From assembly GCF_006345805.1 (NCBI RefSeq), contig NC_043002.1, positions 47,988,001 to 48,052,000 of the forward strand: 64,000 nucleotides of DNA, in the 5' to 3' direction. The position numbers and the translations under genes are program-made. The stretch comes from Octopus sinensis. Lineage: Eukaryota. The notes beneath the pieces are model-generated. The model had not been told where the DNA came from and searched no databases. It saw only the letters and a list, made by a program, of their open reading frames with translations. This document shows positions 39,690 to 52,730 of this stretch, one piece after another (position 1 is the stretch's first letter; every line of letters starts with the position of its first letter).

Positions 39690-40120
39690 TAAATATATCA
39701 ACTAGTTTTAGCATAAAAACATTTTGGCACAATAAAATGCTGATAAATTGGAGGATATATTCTAAGAGATTCAATATCTATTGAAAATTGAGTCATTTGT
39801 TTTTAATAGATTTTATTAGAATTCTTAAAGTCTAAAATCATTCATATTGAATTTGAGACATATATATGTGTTCTATTTCACTACCACCTTTACAGCTATG
39901 ACTGTTAAAGATATACAAAAAGCTTTTTCATTTCATTCAATATTTTCTCCATTTCAAATTAAATTACATATTGATTTTATGTTCATATTCAAGCCTTGAC
40001 ATTGATTCAATATTTAAATGAAAGATGAAGCTTATATCTTAATATATTTCTTAAATGAATTAAGAAAGTCGTACAGTACAGGTTTTGCAATATATATCAC
40101 TCGCTTTCATAATATATTGT

Positions 40121-40197
40121 TTACATTGCCTATAGCTGATATTTTGGCATTAAATGTCCTATTCAAAGATTGAAAAACAACCAAAATCTTATAGCAA
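40121..40197 (+). repeat. 77-bp direct repeat of 43243-43319 inside the inverted-repeat spacer
   Basis: ttacattgcctatagctgatatttt(g/a)gcattaaatgtcctattc(a/g)aagattgaaaaacaaccaaaatcttatagcaa, 2 mismatches. Confidence 0.95.
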
Positions 40198-40459
40198 GAC
40201 TTCTTAGAATTTCTAATTTCTCAGAATTTCACTCTTATCACTAAATTTCATCATTGAAGCACTGAGCCTTCTTTGTGAAATAAAGTCTCTAAATAGGTTT
40301 CCATTTGAAAATTCTTCTAGAAGCATACTACTTCCTTTTCTGGTTTGAATAAATTGATAATTTCATTTAAATCTTGAAATATACCGAAGTTATATGGTAG
40401 AAGTAATTTTGTTTTTTTTCCACACTCTCTGCACCTCTCTGCTCCTTATCAGCCTGAAT

Positions 40460-41690
40460 TTTCTGTATACCAAGAAAATTATTTATTGTGAGAATGCTTA
40501 TTTTAATGTTTTAATGTGGGATTTGTGTCCTGGTGTGCTTCATCAGTAATGAATAGGAATATTGTAGATGTGAATTTTAACTCATGAAAACCATACTGGT
40601 TGGTGAAAGCAGATTTCTTTCTATGCTGTAATTAGTTTTTGTAAAACAGTTGTTTAAATAGAAAGCCTACATCCTACTCTTCTAAATAGATACTTTTACA
40701 CTTTTCCAAGTGACTACAGACAACATATTATCTGTTCAATAGATTGCAAAATTCCATCTATTTAGATATCATTATAACTATGCACTTCTACAAACAGAAA
40801 ATTTATTGCAATTTATTTTTAGTAAGTAAGAATTCTGATAAGAAGATATAGTATTAGAGAATATGACAGACACCTTTATCGTGGCTTAAGCACAAAGAAT
40901 TTTCAGATGAGTAGAAAGAACAGGTTTACTAGACTTACCTCAAATATAATTATCTTAATATTATGATGCCAGGAATCATCAATAAACTTATGTTTAAGGA
41001 AACTAAGGTCAATGAAGAACCGATGTACTTCTGTAGTTTCTTGATGTAAGTAAAGATTTTTTAATTTTTCATAACTTAGTCCTAGGAGAAAGAACTGTGC
41101 TCCCAACCTTTGTCAGACCAGAAACCTGTCCTAAAGAGTTTCAACAGAAGGTAGTTGGTTAAATGCTCCTAAGGGTGAGGTGGTAGTGGGATTAAACAAG
41201 GCTTCCAAATAGTTTCTGTAATTAAATTTCTCTCACTAAGCATTTTTCAAATTAAGTTATGTAGAAGAAATTTTATCTAATATCTCATGCAGTAAGATCA
41301 AATCCAAGCTAAATAGTTATGAAGCACATTCCTCATCCCCACAGTGATAATTGTGCCTAAACCCAAAACGTTTGCTTCCCAAGCTGATTGTCTATTATTC
41401 AATGAAGATTGGGACCAGATTGACTTTATTCAAACTCATAGAAACACTTTAATGGTTAAATGCACATTTTGTCTCCAATGAGGAATGAGTTTTCTAACAT
41501 AGATTAATAAGGTGAGCTTGACTGAGTGAAGTTTTTGAGGTGGTGTAAGAAGAAGACAAAACAAGTTGAATTATTGTATATAATCTGACAGATTTCTTTA
41601 TAAAGACTTTCGCAAGTAAACAAAGGATAGAAATTAAGAGAGATATCAAGGATCAAGTTTTTTTTTTTTTTTTTGATGACACGTTATCAA
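40460..41690 (-). repeat. Right arm of a ~1.24 kb inverted duplication
   Basis: Reverse complement of 38442-39689; the twin ORFs 39030+ and 41106- confirm the match. Confidence 0.97.
40939..41081 (-). other. Candidate 143-nt exon inside the right arm
   Basis: Minus: ttctttctcctag|GACTAAG...TTTGAG|gtaagt; one frame is open from phase 1 to phase 0 (GLSYEKLKNLYL...KIIIFE). Confidence 0.35.
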
Positions 41691-43559
41691 CCAAATGAAT
41701 TTGTGACTGAAAATTCTTATAAAAATGTATGGAATATATATTTGCAGTACTGTTAATGCAAATTAAATGAATTAAAAAGGCCACACAACATATTTAACTA
41801 GTAGTTATAGTATATATGATATGTTCCATACATTTTATTTCAACTACACACAATTGTTCAATTAAGGAAAGAGAAGAAAAAAAACAAAATTATTGTCACC
41901 GTAAAACATCAAGTTCAACCAAGATTCTGGCTGGGTTATTGATCCACACTGGGAAAGTTGCTTATTACCAACAGAATTTACAAATGGAAAACTAGTTAGA
42001 AATTCTATCTCATGAATGTTTACCAGACTTTCATAAGACAATGGTGATACAGTAGATTTAGTGTAATAGTGGCAATCAAAAAATAACTGACCAAAGAATA
42101 TCTGAAATCATGTAACAGTTTGTTGTTTTTTAGTTTTTTATATGACATTCTATGCTGGAATATCAACTCTAGGCTATGTAAATAATTTTCTATGGAAAGC
42201 AAGTGATATTTAAGCTATAAGGTGTGACTATCTTAATTCAGTTAACTTGAGTGAACTTACACTACTATAATTCATACATTTTATTTCAACTAAATTAATT
42301 TCTTAAAAGACTAAGTTTCAATTCATAGGATATAAAGATTTTTAGTAGAAAACTATTTTGATATGTACATATTGCATATATCTATTTCTCCTTATTGTAT
42401 TTAAAATTAAGAATTCCAAATGAAAGTTATATGGCAATAAAATGGCAGTTATATAACAATAAAATAAATCTGACATAAAACCTAACCCTATATACAAATA
42501 TTTACATTCTAGGTGAGACTAATGTTGAAAAGATGAACAATGATTACATTGAAGTGTGTCATATACTTGCATGAAGTATGGTGAGAAACAGAATATTCTC
42601 AGTTTATTCTGTATGAATTTCTTAATTTTCTCTCCCCACCTACAATATTTTCAGCTTGGGTAGACATTGAAATCTTTCAACCATGTAAAGCAATAAGCAA
42701 TAAACTGAAGCCTCTATTATGGAAATGTTAGCTTGTCAAGCAACATAAAAAATATTATTTGTATATAATATCTAAATAAAAAAAATTAAAAACTGTAAAT
42801 ATATATCACTGATTACATTTACAAGAAAATGCAATCATTGTCATAAAATAAAAGCCAAATTTTGAAATATATACACTAGAAAAGATTTTAAAGGAAACAT
42901 TGTTTCAAGGTGATTGCTCATGGAATGATGCTGTTCACTAATACTTCTTGACATTCTGTTTCACTTCACAAGATAGACCAATGAAATGTCATATTGCATA
43001 ATTATCAAAAATGTCAGCAAGAACAAGGTCCTCTTTCATATTCTAGTTATGATAAAAAGCTTATAAATATCAACAATTTATGCTTATACAAAATAAATTT
43101 AAGACTTTATAAAATATAATAAAAACATTTAAATAAAGGAAATTAATTTACTTGCTAAAGACATTTTTGAGAACTTTACAATAAATTTTTAGTAAAATAT
43201 CATAAACTGAAAATAGGATATGTTCCATACATTTTATTTAACTTACATTGCCTATAGCTGATATTTTAGCATTAAATGTCCTATTCGAAGATTGAAAAAC
43301 AACCAAAATCTTATAGCAATGTTAAGGAAAATCAGAAAATATTCAGACTACTGGCCACTGATTAGTTGATGACAATTAAATTAGAGACAGTTCGTAGAAA
43401 TTGAAAAATCTCTTGTTTCTTTCATTTTCATAACAAAATTAAAATTCATCAGTTATGCAAAGTGAGGTACAACAAGATTGCATTGCAGTCAAGCAGGTGT
43501 GATGGGTAAATTGTTGCCATTTTGTATTTTTAATTTTGTGCATGCATATTGCTTTTGAC

Positions 43560-43870
43560 CATGGTTCTACACCTAGAAAGTTCTCCTCCAAGGCACAAGT
43601 CCAGGTAAGATTGCTTAAGGAACCCAGCAGTCACCCATGCATACCAGTTTCCCCTCTCCATACCACTGATGTTATCCGAGGGAAAGGCAAAGGCTGATAC
43701 AGCTTGGCACCAGTGATGTTGCAACTCATTTCTACAGCTGAGTGAACTGGAGCAATGTGAAATAAAATATCCTACTCAAGAACACAACACTCAGCCCAGT
43801 CTGGGAATTGAACTCACTACCTCATGATTGCGAGCCTGACACTCGAATCACTGAGTCATGCACTTTCACT
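43560..43870 (-). mobile_element. SINE family C
   Basis: caactcatttctacagctgagtgaactggagcaatgtgaaataaa...gggaattgaactcac. Confidence 0.78.
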
Positions 43871-46800
43871 ACTATGTAATGAATAATTCATTAATTAAGA
43901 ATAATCAAGTATTCTGCAAATCCAAAGATTTTATAATGACTAATTGTCGTACAATTATTGTCAAAATGATAATAAATGAATAAGGATGGAAAAAAAAATC
44001 TTCATTCTTAATTCATTCATTTTTAAACATACATGCATACATACATATGTATGTCTGTATGTATGTATATAACACATTACTAAAATAATCTAAAATACTT
44101 TAAGGCTCAACAAAGTTATGAAATGTTGTGTTATAGTATTGATTTTAAAATACATCGAAAGTATAATTTAATGGTTAATATGGTGATAAAAATAAAGAAC
44201 AACTCAAATTAGTCATCAATAAAACAATTGTTTTCCGTAACTTAAAGCAAATTTTGTATGAGAGTTTAATTACTGGAATTAATCTCCAGTACATACTAAT
44301 GTTTCTTATATTATTGAGTCTGGAGACATGAAATGTTAAAATCAGCCACCATACAAACAGAATTCAGAGCAATGCTCTGTTAAATCTGTAAAGCAATTTG
44401 GTCAGTCCTCTTTGCAATGCATTGGTTAGTTTGGTTGGTTGCATTGTAATAGTTGAGGCTAACACCATCATCACACATCAACATTTACCAACTGTCAACA
44501 TTGCTGACTAAAAAATTTTATGCTGCTGTCAAAAACATTTACTTAAGAAGAGGAAACTTGAGTGTATTACGGTGAAGTATATGCAAATATTAATCAAACA
44601 GATGACTTATTTCTACTGTATTTAATATCCAACAGTCAGGAATGAGCAAGACAGGAAATTCATATGTTAGCTTTCAGTTGGGTTTTTTTTCATAACTTAG
44701 TTCTTATTTTATAAAAGATAAATATTTTTGGCCAAAATTTAAGTCTAAATAACATATTATAATCAATAGAACTCTAACTTCAATAGGTGCATGCAGTATT
44801 TTGAGTGCTTTTTTTCTGAGTTTACATTATTGATCAGATGGCATGTTCACCTGGTCTTAATGAACAGCAACACATTAGTTTAACAGATAAACTAGTCACT
44901 AATTATAACCCACTATCTCTCAAGTGTACCAGGACTTAATGAAATATTCCTATTTAGCAAGAGGCAACTCAAATGCAATATATCAAATATTGTCGTTGAG
45001 TGGGGTCAACTGTTATATGTATGTCAAAATTATCAATAACTCATATATCTCCAGCTATGAACTCCTGAATCAAATTTTACTTATATCATCTAGATTGATA
45101 TCAACTTCTGAGATGAAAGGTAATACATTCCAGTATACCTTTAAAAATGCTCTTCCAATATTCTATAAAATGTCATGAATATCAGATGGTTTGTATTTGA
45201 TTTTATTTAATTATTTATTTATTTATTTTCATTTGTTCATTTCATATGAAGCTCACTGTTGCTACTCAACACTAAATGAAAAATAAAAATCTCAGATTTC
45301 AAAATATTTCTTGAACAGGATTCCTGAAAGCATTTTAATTCAAGGAAATTCAAACCTATATGATCATGACATTCAAAGATTAAAGCTATTTTATATCTTC
45401 CATTTACTGTATATAATTTAGAAGTGTTCCAGCTTCATAGATGGTTGAAGATAATTGCTGTCATGAAACAATTTTGTGGCATTTGAGAAACCTGTATCTA
45501 CTCAATTTGACCAACATTACAATAATTCACTTTCATCATTTCTAATTTTGTCATGGTGGTATGAAATCAGCACAGCTAGTACTACTATACACTAGTTTAC
45601 AGGCAATAGTTGAAGTAATAAAACAAAATTTCACTTAAAAAGAACATCATCTTTACTGTTATATACTATCATATGAGGCTTTTAATGATATACAGTAATT
45701 TGAGAGATCTAATAGATTTTGTTGGTGATATTGCTCCCTGAAGAGACTTTACATTGTAACTGTAGATAAATTTCAATTCATTATTTGTGTGATAATATTT
45801 CACATTAATAGCTTTGCCTAATTTTCTATTCCTTTGTATATTTCTGTAGTTCACTGGCCAATGCTCATTTTCCAGTTTCTCAATATTAAACTGATCACAT
45901 ACAAATCTCCTTGTTGATAAGTTGCCAGCCTATTTCAAGTAACTTTTCCAAACCAGCAAATCATCAACTTTTCAATGCAGCTGCATTTTACACTAGTGGA
46001 TTATACTACCATGTGGTTTAAGAGAACTCTTCTATTGAGGGTTAAGTGCCCTTGGAAACAATGCTGTGTAAATGACAGGATATGAACCACCAGTTTCTTG
46101 AAGATATTCTCGAGATTTCATCAAACTGTGCATCTGCTCTTCTCTTTGATAATTAATAACAGCTAATTATATTTCCTTATTTTTCCTGGATATCAATACT
46201 TTGATGATTTGTCACAATAATTCTGCATTTCAATTCTAAAGCCTGTAATCTTTCAGAAAAGCTGTTCCAAACATTTATTAATTTGTTACTTATGCAGACA
46301 ATAGCACTGAGTGAGATTTATAAATGTAAAAAGAGATAATCATAATTATCTCTTTATACTACAAAAGAAGCAAAGGATGATAATTGGACAATAAACGATA
46401 ATTGTTAGTAAAAGTAGGTTTCTTAATGAAATAGATATGTTATCTGAATATTGTCTAGGATTCAAGTGATCAGCAAAATGTATCATTCTCTCCTCTTTTA
46501 AAATTATATATCCTTTTGATCAAATGCATCCTTAGACCATATCTAGAAATAGAATTGAGAAAAATTCATATATTAGCCTTATAAATATACATTTCTGTTT
46601 TATGCAGCTAATCTTTCTATATTTCAGTAAGCAGAAATGAATATTGATTTCTTAATATAAGGCTAGAGATCTGATATTCATAAACACAAGGAATGATATT
46701 GTGTGACATCTATACCTTTCCCATAGGTATTAACAATACGGGAGATGTAAAACTGAACTTGAGTTGCGGATTCAGCTTCCAGAGAATTTACCTTTTATAG

Positions 46801-47169
46801 CGCTGATACTACTAAATAAAAAAGAGTATAAATTAAGTGGTGAATGAATAATATTGCACAACAAAGTTTTCAAAATACTTATTTTGTCTTTCTATTGAAC
46901 TAGAGAACCAATGTTAATGTAATGATGATGAACCAGCACCAGTGCCAATAGTTCAATTCTCACTGTCTCTAAGTGCTACAAGTGATATACTTCATTACTG
47001 TAAATAACAGACTTTGTAGCCTTATGCAGCACTAAGTCTGTAAAACTAAAGTGTCTTGTTCACTTGAAACAAGTTCACTTCTGCAGTTTTATTGTGAGGA
47101 AATTAGATGTCACAACAGACAAGCATTCTGAGAAAATATTTATCTTGCTGCCTTATATGTAAGCCATAT

Positions 47170-47370
47170 AAGGCAGTGAACTGGCAGAATTGTTACCATG
47201 TTAGACAAAATGCTTAGCGGTATTTCTTCTAGCTTTATGTTCTGAGTTCAAATGCCACCAGCCATTGGGGTTGACAAAATAAGTACCAGTAGAGCACTGG
47301 GCTTGATGTATTTGACTTACTCCCATCCTGGAATTTGTTAGTCTTGTGCCAAAATTTCAAACCAATATTA
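47170..47370 (+). mobile_element. SINE family B (internal deletion)
   Basis: ggcagtgaactggcagaattgtta...ttctgagttcaaat...aaaataagtaccagt. Confidence 0.75.
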
Positions 47371-48194
47371 TGTAAACTATAAACATACTGTTCCCATAAA
47401 TGCATGCATAGTTACATACATATATACTTACATACATATAAACATACATGCATACATACATACATATGCATAGATATAGGCACACATATAAACGGCACTC
47501 CTTTGGTTACAATGATGAGGGTTCCAGTTGATCCAATCAACAGAACATGCATACATATCTACCTGAATACCTACTTTCTACCTACATATTTACACTCATA
47601 TAAACATACACCTTTTTACTGATGACCTTAAACTGTACTTGAGTTATAGTCAAGATACCTAAAGGTAGTTAAAAGTTGCAATTTTGTGATTATGTGCTTC
47701 TTTGTAGTTATTTTACATGTTGTACATGTAATTATATATACACATAATATAAGTACAAGTATGGCTATGTCTATAAGGAGTCTAATTTCTTACCATAAGA
47801 TCTTGTATTCTGTTTCACTGCATGGTATGTTGGGTAAGTGTTTCCTACTGTAAACTTAAGCTAACATAATGCCTTGTGTCTAAAATTTGTAGGCAGAAAT
47901 TGTATAGAATATTTGCACCATAACCATATTTTGAAGTTGCATTTTGCAGTTATTTCATGATCTTTGTATTTGTTACCAGCTGCTTGGGTATGCTGCTTAT
48001 TCATAATCTCTGTGTTGGTTTACTGCTGCATGTTAATTAAGGAGGGATTATAGATACCACAAAACAGATATTATGAGAGTTTTATTATGTTCATTTAACA
48101 AAATTATAATCAAAATGCTTCCAGTTTTATGTGGGTTTTTTTTCCCCCAAAACTTCTGTTATTGGCTTATTATCAAAGTATTTTCAGTTAACTT

Positions 48195-48555
48195 CTATCT
48201 TTTTCCTGTTTCAACCATTGAACTGTGGCTGTGCTTGGACACTACCTTGAAGGGTTATAGTCAAACGAATTGCACCCCCAAAACATATTTTTAAGTCTCT
48301 TTTGCTGAACTGCAAATGTATAGGGACATATACAAACAAACACTTGTTGTCAAGTGATGGAAGGGACAAACACACACATAAAGACACAGACATGTATGAT
48401 GGGCTTCCACACAGTTTTCATGTACCAAATACACTCATAAAGCATTGCTTGACCCAGGCTTTAGTAGTGAACACAAGCTCAAGCTGCTGCACAGTAGGAC
48501 TGAACCCAAGATTTCATAGTTGCAAAGCAAACCTCTTAACCACACAGCTTCGTCT
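48195..48555 (-). mobile_element. SINE family A, diverged
   Basis: Reverse match to family A landmarks. Confidence 0.75.
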
Positions 48556-48854
48556 ATACCTATTATGAAACTATTTTCATTCATGTCATAATTTTTCAAA
48601 GATTGCGAAAGTCTTAATTGAGGAAATATTTATATTGAGTAATTTGTATTTATAATAAGGTTACTAATACTTCCATTGCATTTCTGATTATTATTGTTAT
48701 TATTATTTTTCTTTGCTTTGCATTCTTTTCAATATGCAACATAAAAATCAGATAATTATGTTACACTCATATCATACCTTATGCAGATCTGATAAAGCTG
48801 AACCAGGTGATTTCTGCTGTAGAATGAATATTCAAATACTATATGTATGTGCAT

Positions 48855-48865
48855 GTGTGTGTGTG

Positions 48866-48929
<64 letters not shown>

Positions 48930-48930
48930 G
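48855..48930. repeat. (TG)n(CT)n microsatellite
   Basis: Direct reading. Confidence 0.93.
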
Positions 48931-49693
48931 TTTATCTATATGCACTTAGATCAATAAGTGAATGTTGTCTAAGAAAAATACTTCTTGAAATATGCTGAGT
49001 AATATCTCCTACTTAACCATTTGATAAATGGAATGTGATAAAAGAAGCACTAGGTAAATACAGGGTCAATGAAATTGCTGAAAACCCTTGAAAATACTGC
49101 CTCACTATTGTAGAAGCTCAATGACTGAAGCCAAAACGTGTCAAATGCCTATATTTACATGTTTAACCCAAAGTAAAAATATTTTGCCTACATCAACTTA
49201 TACATCTGATAGCCACTGTTTTTAGTATTAACCTGCATCTTGTCCCTTTCCTCAAGTTCAGGTTACACATTAGTTTTCCAGATTTTGCAAACCATGTTTT
49301 CTTGCATAATTTATTGAAAGTCTAAAATCAATAAAAATTTCAAAACTGTTATAAATGTAACTATTCTTTCATAAATATCTGTTTTCATTTCATTTTACTG
49401 AGTAATGTCTACTATGAAGGTTGACACTTTCATTCATTTTTTTTTTTTTTTCGAATTAATTCTAGTCACAAATTGTCTCAATTCCCACATCTCCACATAT
49501 ATTCTTATCTTAATTATATTCATAGACAGGAACTTGATGCATCCTTTCATATCAAAATTGTCTGATATTTCAATTCATCTTAAGACTACTCTCTTCTTGT
49601 TTCTTCCTCTCTCATTTGGTCATCTCTCAAATTCTATCCTATTAACTTCTTATCATTGGTTCTTTTTTCCTAAAATCCACCTGTAATAGTTCT

Positions 49694-49695
<2 letters not shown>

Positions 49696-49750
<55 letters not shown>
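49696..49750. repeat. (TA)n microsatellite
   Basis: Direct reading. Confidence 0.95.
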
Positions 49751-49756
<6 letters not shown>

Positions 49757-51167
49757 TACAGTATAGAAGAAAATTATAGAACTCAAAAGATTATATATGT
49801 ATTGCTTGGTAAAAATATCATTTTCATATGGCAGCATACAAATTAGTTTACTGGGATTGGCTTTTAATTGGATATTTGAACTATTATTAATTGGATTTCA
49901 GATGTTTTGATAAATATAACAAAATATAGAATTCAAATTTCAAAAATTATTCCATTTCACATAAAAATGTAATACACACACACACTTATATATAAACATA
50001 TATGTACTTATATGTATATACACAACATATATACATCCTTGTGTATGTAATCATACCTATACATATCTAGCCATCTATCTATATGCATGTACTTATATTT
50101 ATATATATAGGGAGAGAGAGGGAGGGAGGGTGAGAGAGAGACATGTGTATGTGCATATATATATAAACCCAATTAATTTAATCAGTTATAGTAATAGAAA
50201 TTATGCAAAAATAAAAAAGAAATGAAAATCTTTTAAAATATCTAAGTAAATTATTCATTCTTCTTAGATGGTATTAATCAAAGAGGTCAGACCTTTCGTC
50301 GCTTGGTTATGGGCAAAAATTTTGGATGAATCTTCTATATTTTTCCAAAATTCAATTTGTTCTGACCTTTACTTGGTTTTGTTGGTAATCATCACTTTCT
50401 TTTATTGGTGTGAACTAAGTGCACACCTCCCTCTCATTTTCTATTAGATATCTTTATTCTTTATATTTCTTATCTGAAATACAGATTGGTAATTTGGATA
50501 TATACACCAGCTTGCCTTTACATCCAACTCTAACATGACATTCTGATAGCAATGGATTCAAAAGAATCAACATTGAATATCCTTTTCTTTGCAGGTAACT
50601 GCATATTATTCAATAATGTTTCTTTTATTGGTAGTGGTGGCAGGTCTTGATATGAAAATCTATGACTTCTCTCCAGTGTTGTGAGTCTTTTACCTTATCA
50701 TTGAGTTCACCATGTCATGGTGAATATAATTTAGTTAATGGAAACTGCATGAAAGCCCATTAGAGAAACCAGGTTGGTGCTCATAGGAGGAGGTTATGAA
50801 ATTCTCTTCAGATAAAAGACCTGGCTTTAATATTTCACAACAGAGTAAACTCTGCTAGAGGGACCTATGGTCCAGCTGTTAAATGCAATGTGAAATAAAA
50901 TCTAACAGTGAATGACAGGAACGGTGCCATCAATGAGCTCCAGGACAGTTTTGTCCACAGGATTTCACTCATAAGGATATTGAAGACCTGCAGGCATGAT
51001 AGAAAATATTTACTTAAGATCTCACACCGTAAGACTGAACATAGAATCATATAATAGTGAGGTAAACTTCTAAACCTACACATTCTTAGAAATTAATTAA
51101 ATATCCAATTAGTGAAGAATGCTGTTATATTGTTCTCTCTCAGTAAAAATTTGCATTATTTTGGGAA

Positions 51168-51340
51168 TCATCATCATCATTGTCATTTAACATCCCTTAT
51201 TCCATACTGATATGGGATGGTTTGATATGAATTAATGAGCCAGAGGGCTGTGCCAAGCTCCAGTGTCTGCTGACATGGTTACTACAGCTGGATGCCTTTC
51301 CTATTGCCAACCACTTCTTAGAATGTACAGGATTCTTTTA
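51168..51340 (-). mobile_element. Family D repeat
   Basis: (CAT)n...tttaacatcc...acagctggatgcctttcctattgccaaccac. Confidence 0.7.
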
Positions 51341-52129
51341 TGGATTTAATTGCTTTGATTTCTAGCTGAAATATTTCAAGCTTTCTATCCATTTTCTTTG
51401 ATTTCTGTAAATCCTATATCTAAATCTACTTTCCAAATACAGAGCTTATTTTTGATATTTCTTAAACATCAATTATTCAAATATGTAATATATTGCTTTT
51501 AATTTTAGTTGCTTTTAATAAAGACAAAGAATATGCTTAAAGATTCAATCAGTATTAGGTGATTCAAAAATAAATGTTATGAGCCTTGGGTCAGCGATTC
51601 CATGCCTTAGCTACTGACTCACAACAACTCTAGCTTATAATCATAAAATCAAAACCAAAACTTAGACAACTATGCTGAGTGTTGACATTTATACCTAATG
51701 TTCTTAAATTTATGATGTTTTGGTCAGTAGAGCTATATTTTAACAAGTTTCAGCAACTCACTTGACTACAATACAAACACACATAAATACATATAAATAC
51801 ACATGCACACAACACACACACACTCATTTATATTAGGAGATAATCTATTTTAAAAAAATAACAGGACATTTTATAAAGTAATAGTTTTCAAAAGAAAACA
51901 TTTTGCAGACATCATTCAAAAGTTGCACAAGTAGTTACTTTGATCTTACAGAAATTTCCCCTCATTATGAGCTGTTTCTCAACTCTCTTATATTGTAATG
52001 ACTTATGTCCAAATTCTGGCCCTGTAAAACTAAACTGACTTCGGTAAATGATCAATCTTATGGCCATTAATAACTGTTCATTAAACAGTTAATGAATAGT
52101 GAAGTTCATCAGATGTCATCAAGATAATT

Positions 52130-52730
52130 CATCATCATCATCATCATAGTCATCATTGTTGTTGTGGTGTTAACATCCACTATTCTATTCTTGCATGGGT
52201 TAGGCAAGTTGTGGTAGATTTTCTACAGGTGGATGCTCTTCCTGTTACCACTCTTCACTTGTTTCTAAGCAAGGTAATATTTCTTGATGACTGGACATAT
52301 TTTCCACAGAAGACAGGAAATGAAGAACACTGTCTATTTGAGGGTACCATTCATTTGATAAGGCAAGGAGGCACAAACATGCACACCACCCTGTACACAA
52401 ACACCTACATACATACACACATGTGTATGTATATGCACATACATACATTTCACTGTCTCTCAAATCCACTCAAAACATTTTGGTTGGCCTTGGGGTGATA
52501 GTAGAAGACATTTGCCCTAAGTGCTATCCAATGGGAATGAACCTAAACCTATGTTTAGCAGCATTTCATGTCTTTACATTCTGAGTTCAAACTCCACTGA
52601 GGTTGACTTTGCCTTTCATCCTTTTAGAATCAATAAAATAAGTATCAGTCAGGTACTGGGGTTGATGTAATTGACTTAGCCCCTCACCCAAAATTGCTGG
52701 CCTTGTGCCAAAATTTGAAATCAATATTTT
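52130..52730. mobile_element. SINE cluster: family D (-), family A head (-), family B (+, ~52555-52730)
   Basis: Landmark motifs of each family in succession, including gactttgcctttcatccttt. Confidence 0.7.

Noticed and set aside
521-50600. Plus-strand AG|GT juxtapositions (532/533, 3247/3248, 7613/7614, 42512/42513, 50594/50595) resembling recursive sites
   Set aside because: Opposite strand to the best exon candidates; tracts or donors are mostly weaker; the best one (3247) is a mutated SINE position; a few such hits are expected by chance in 64 kb of AT-rich DNA. Worth revisiting only if transcription proves to be plus-strand
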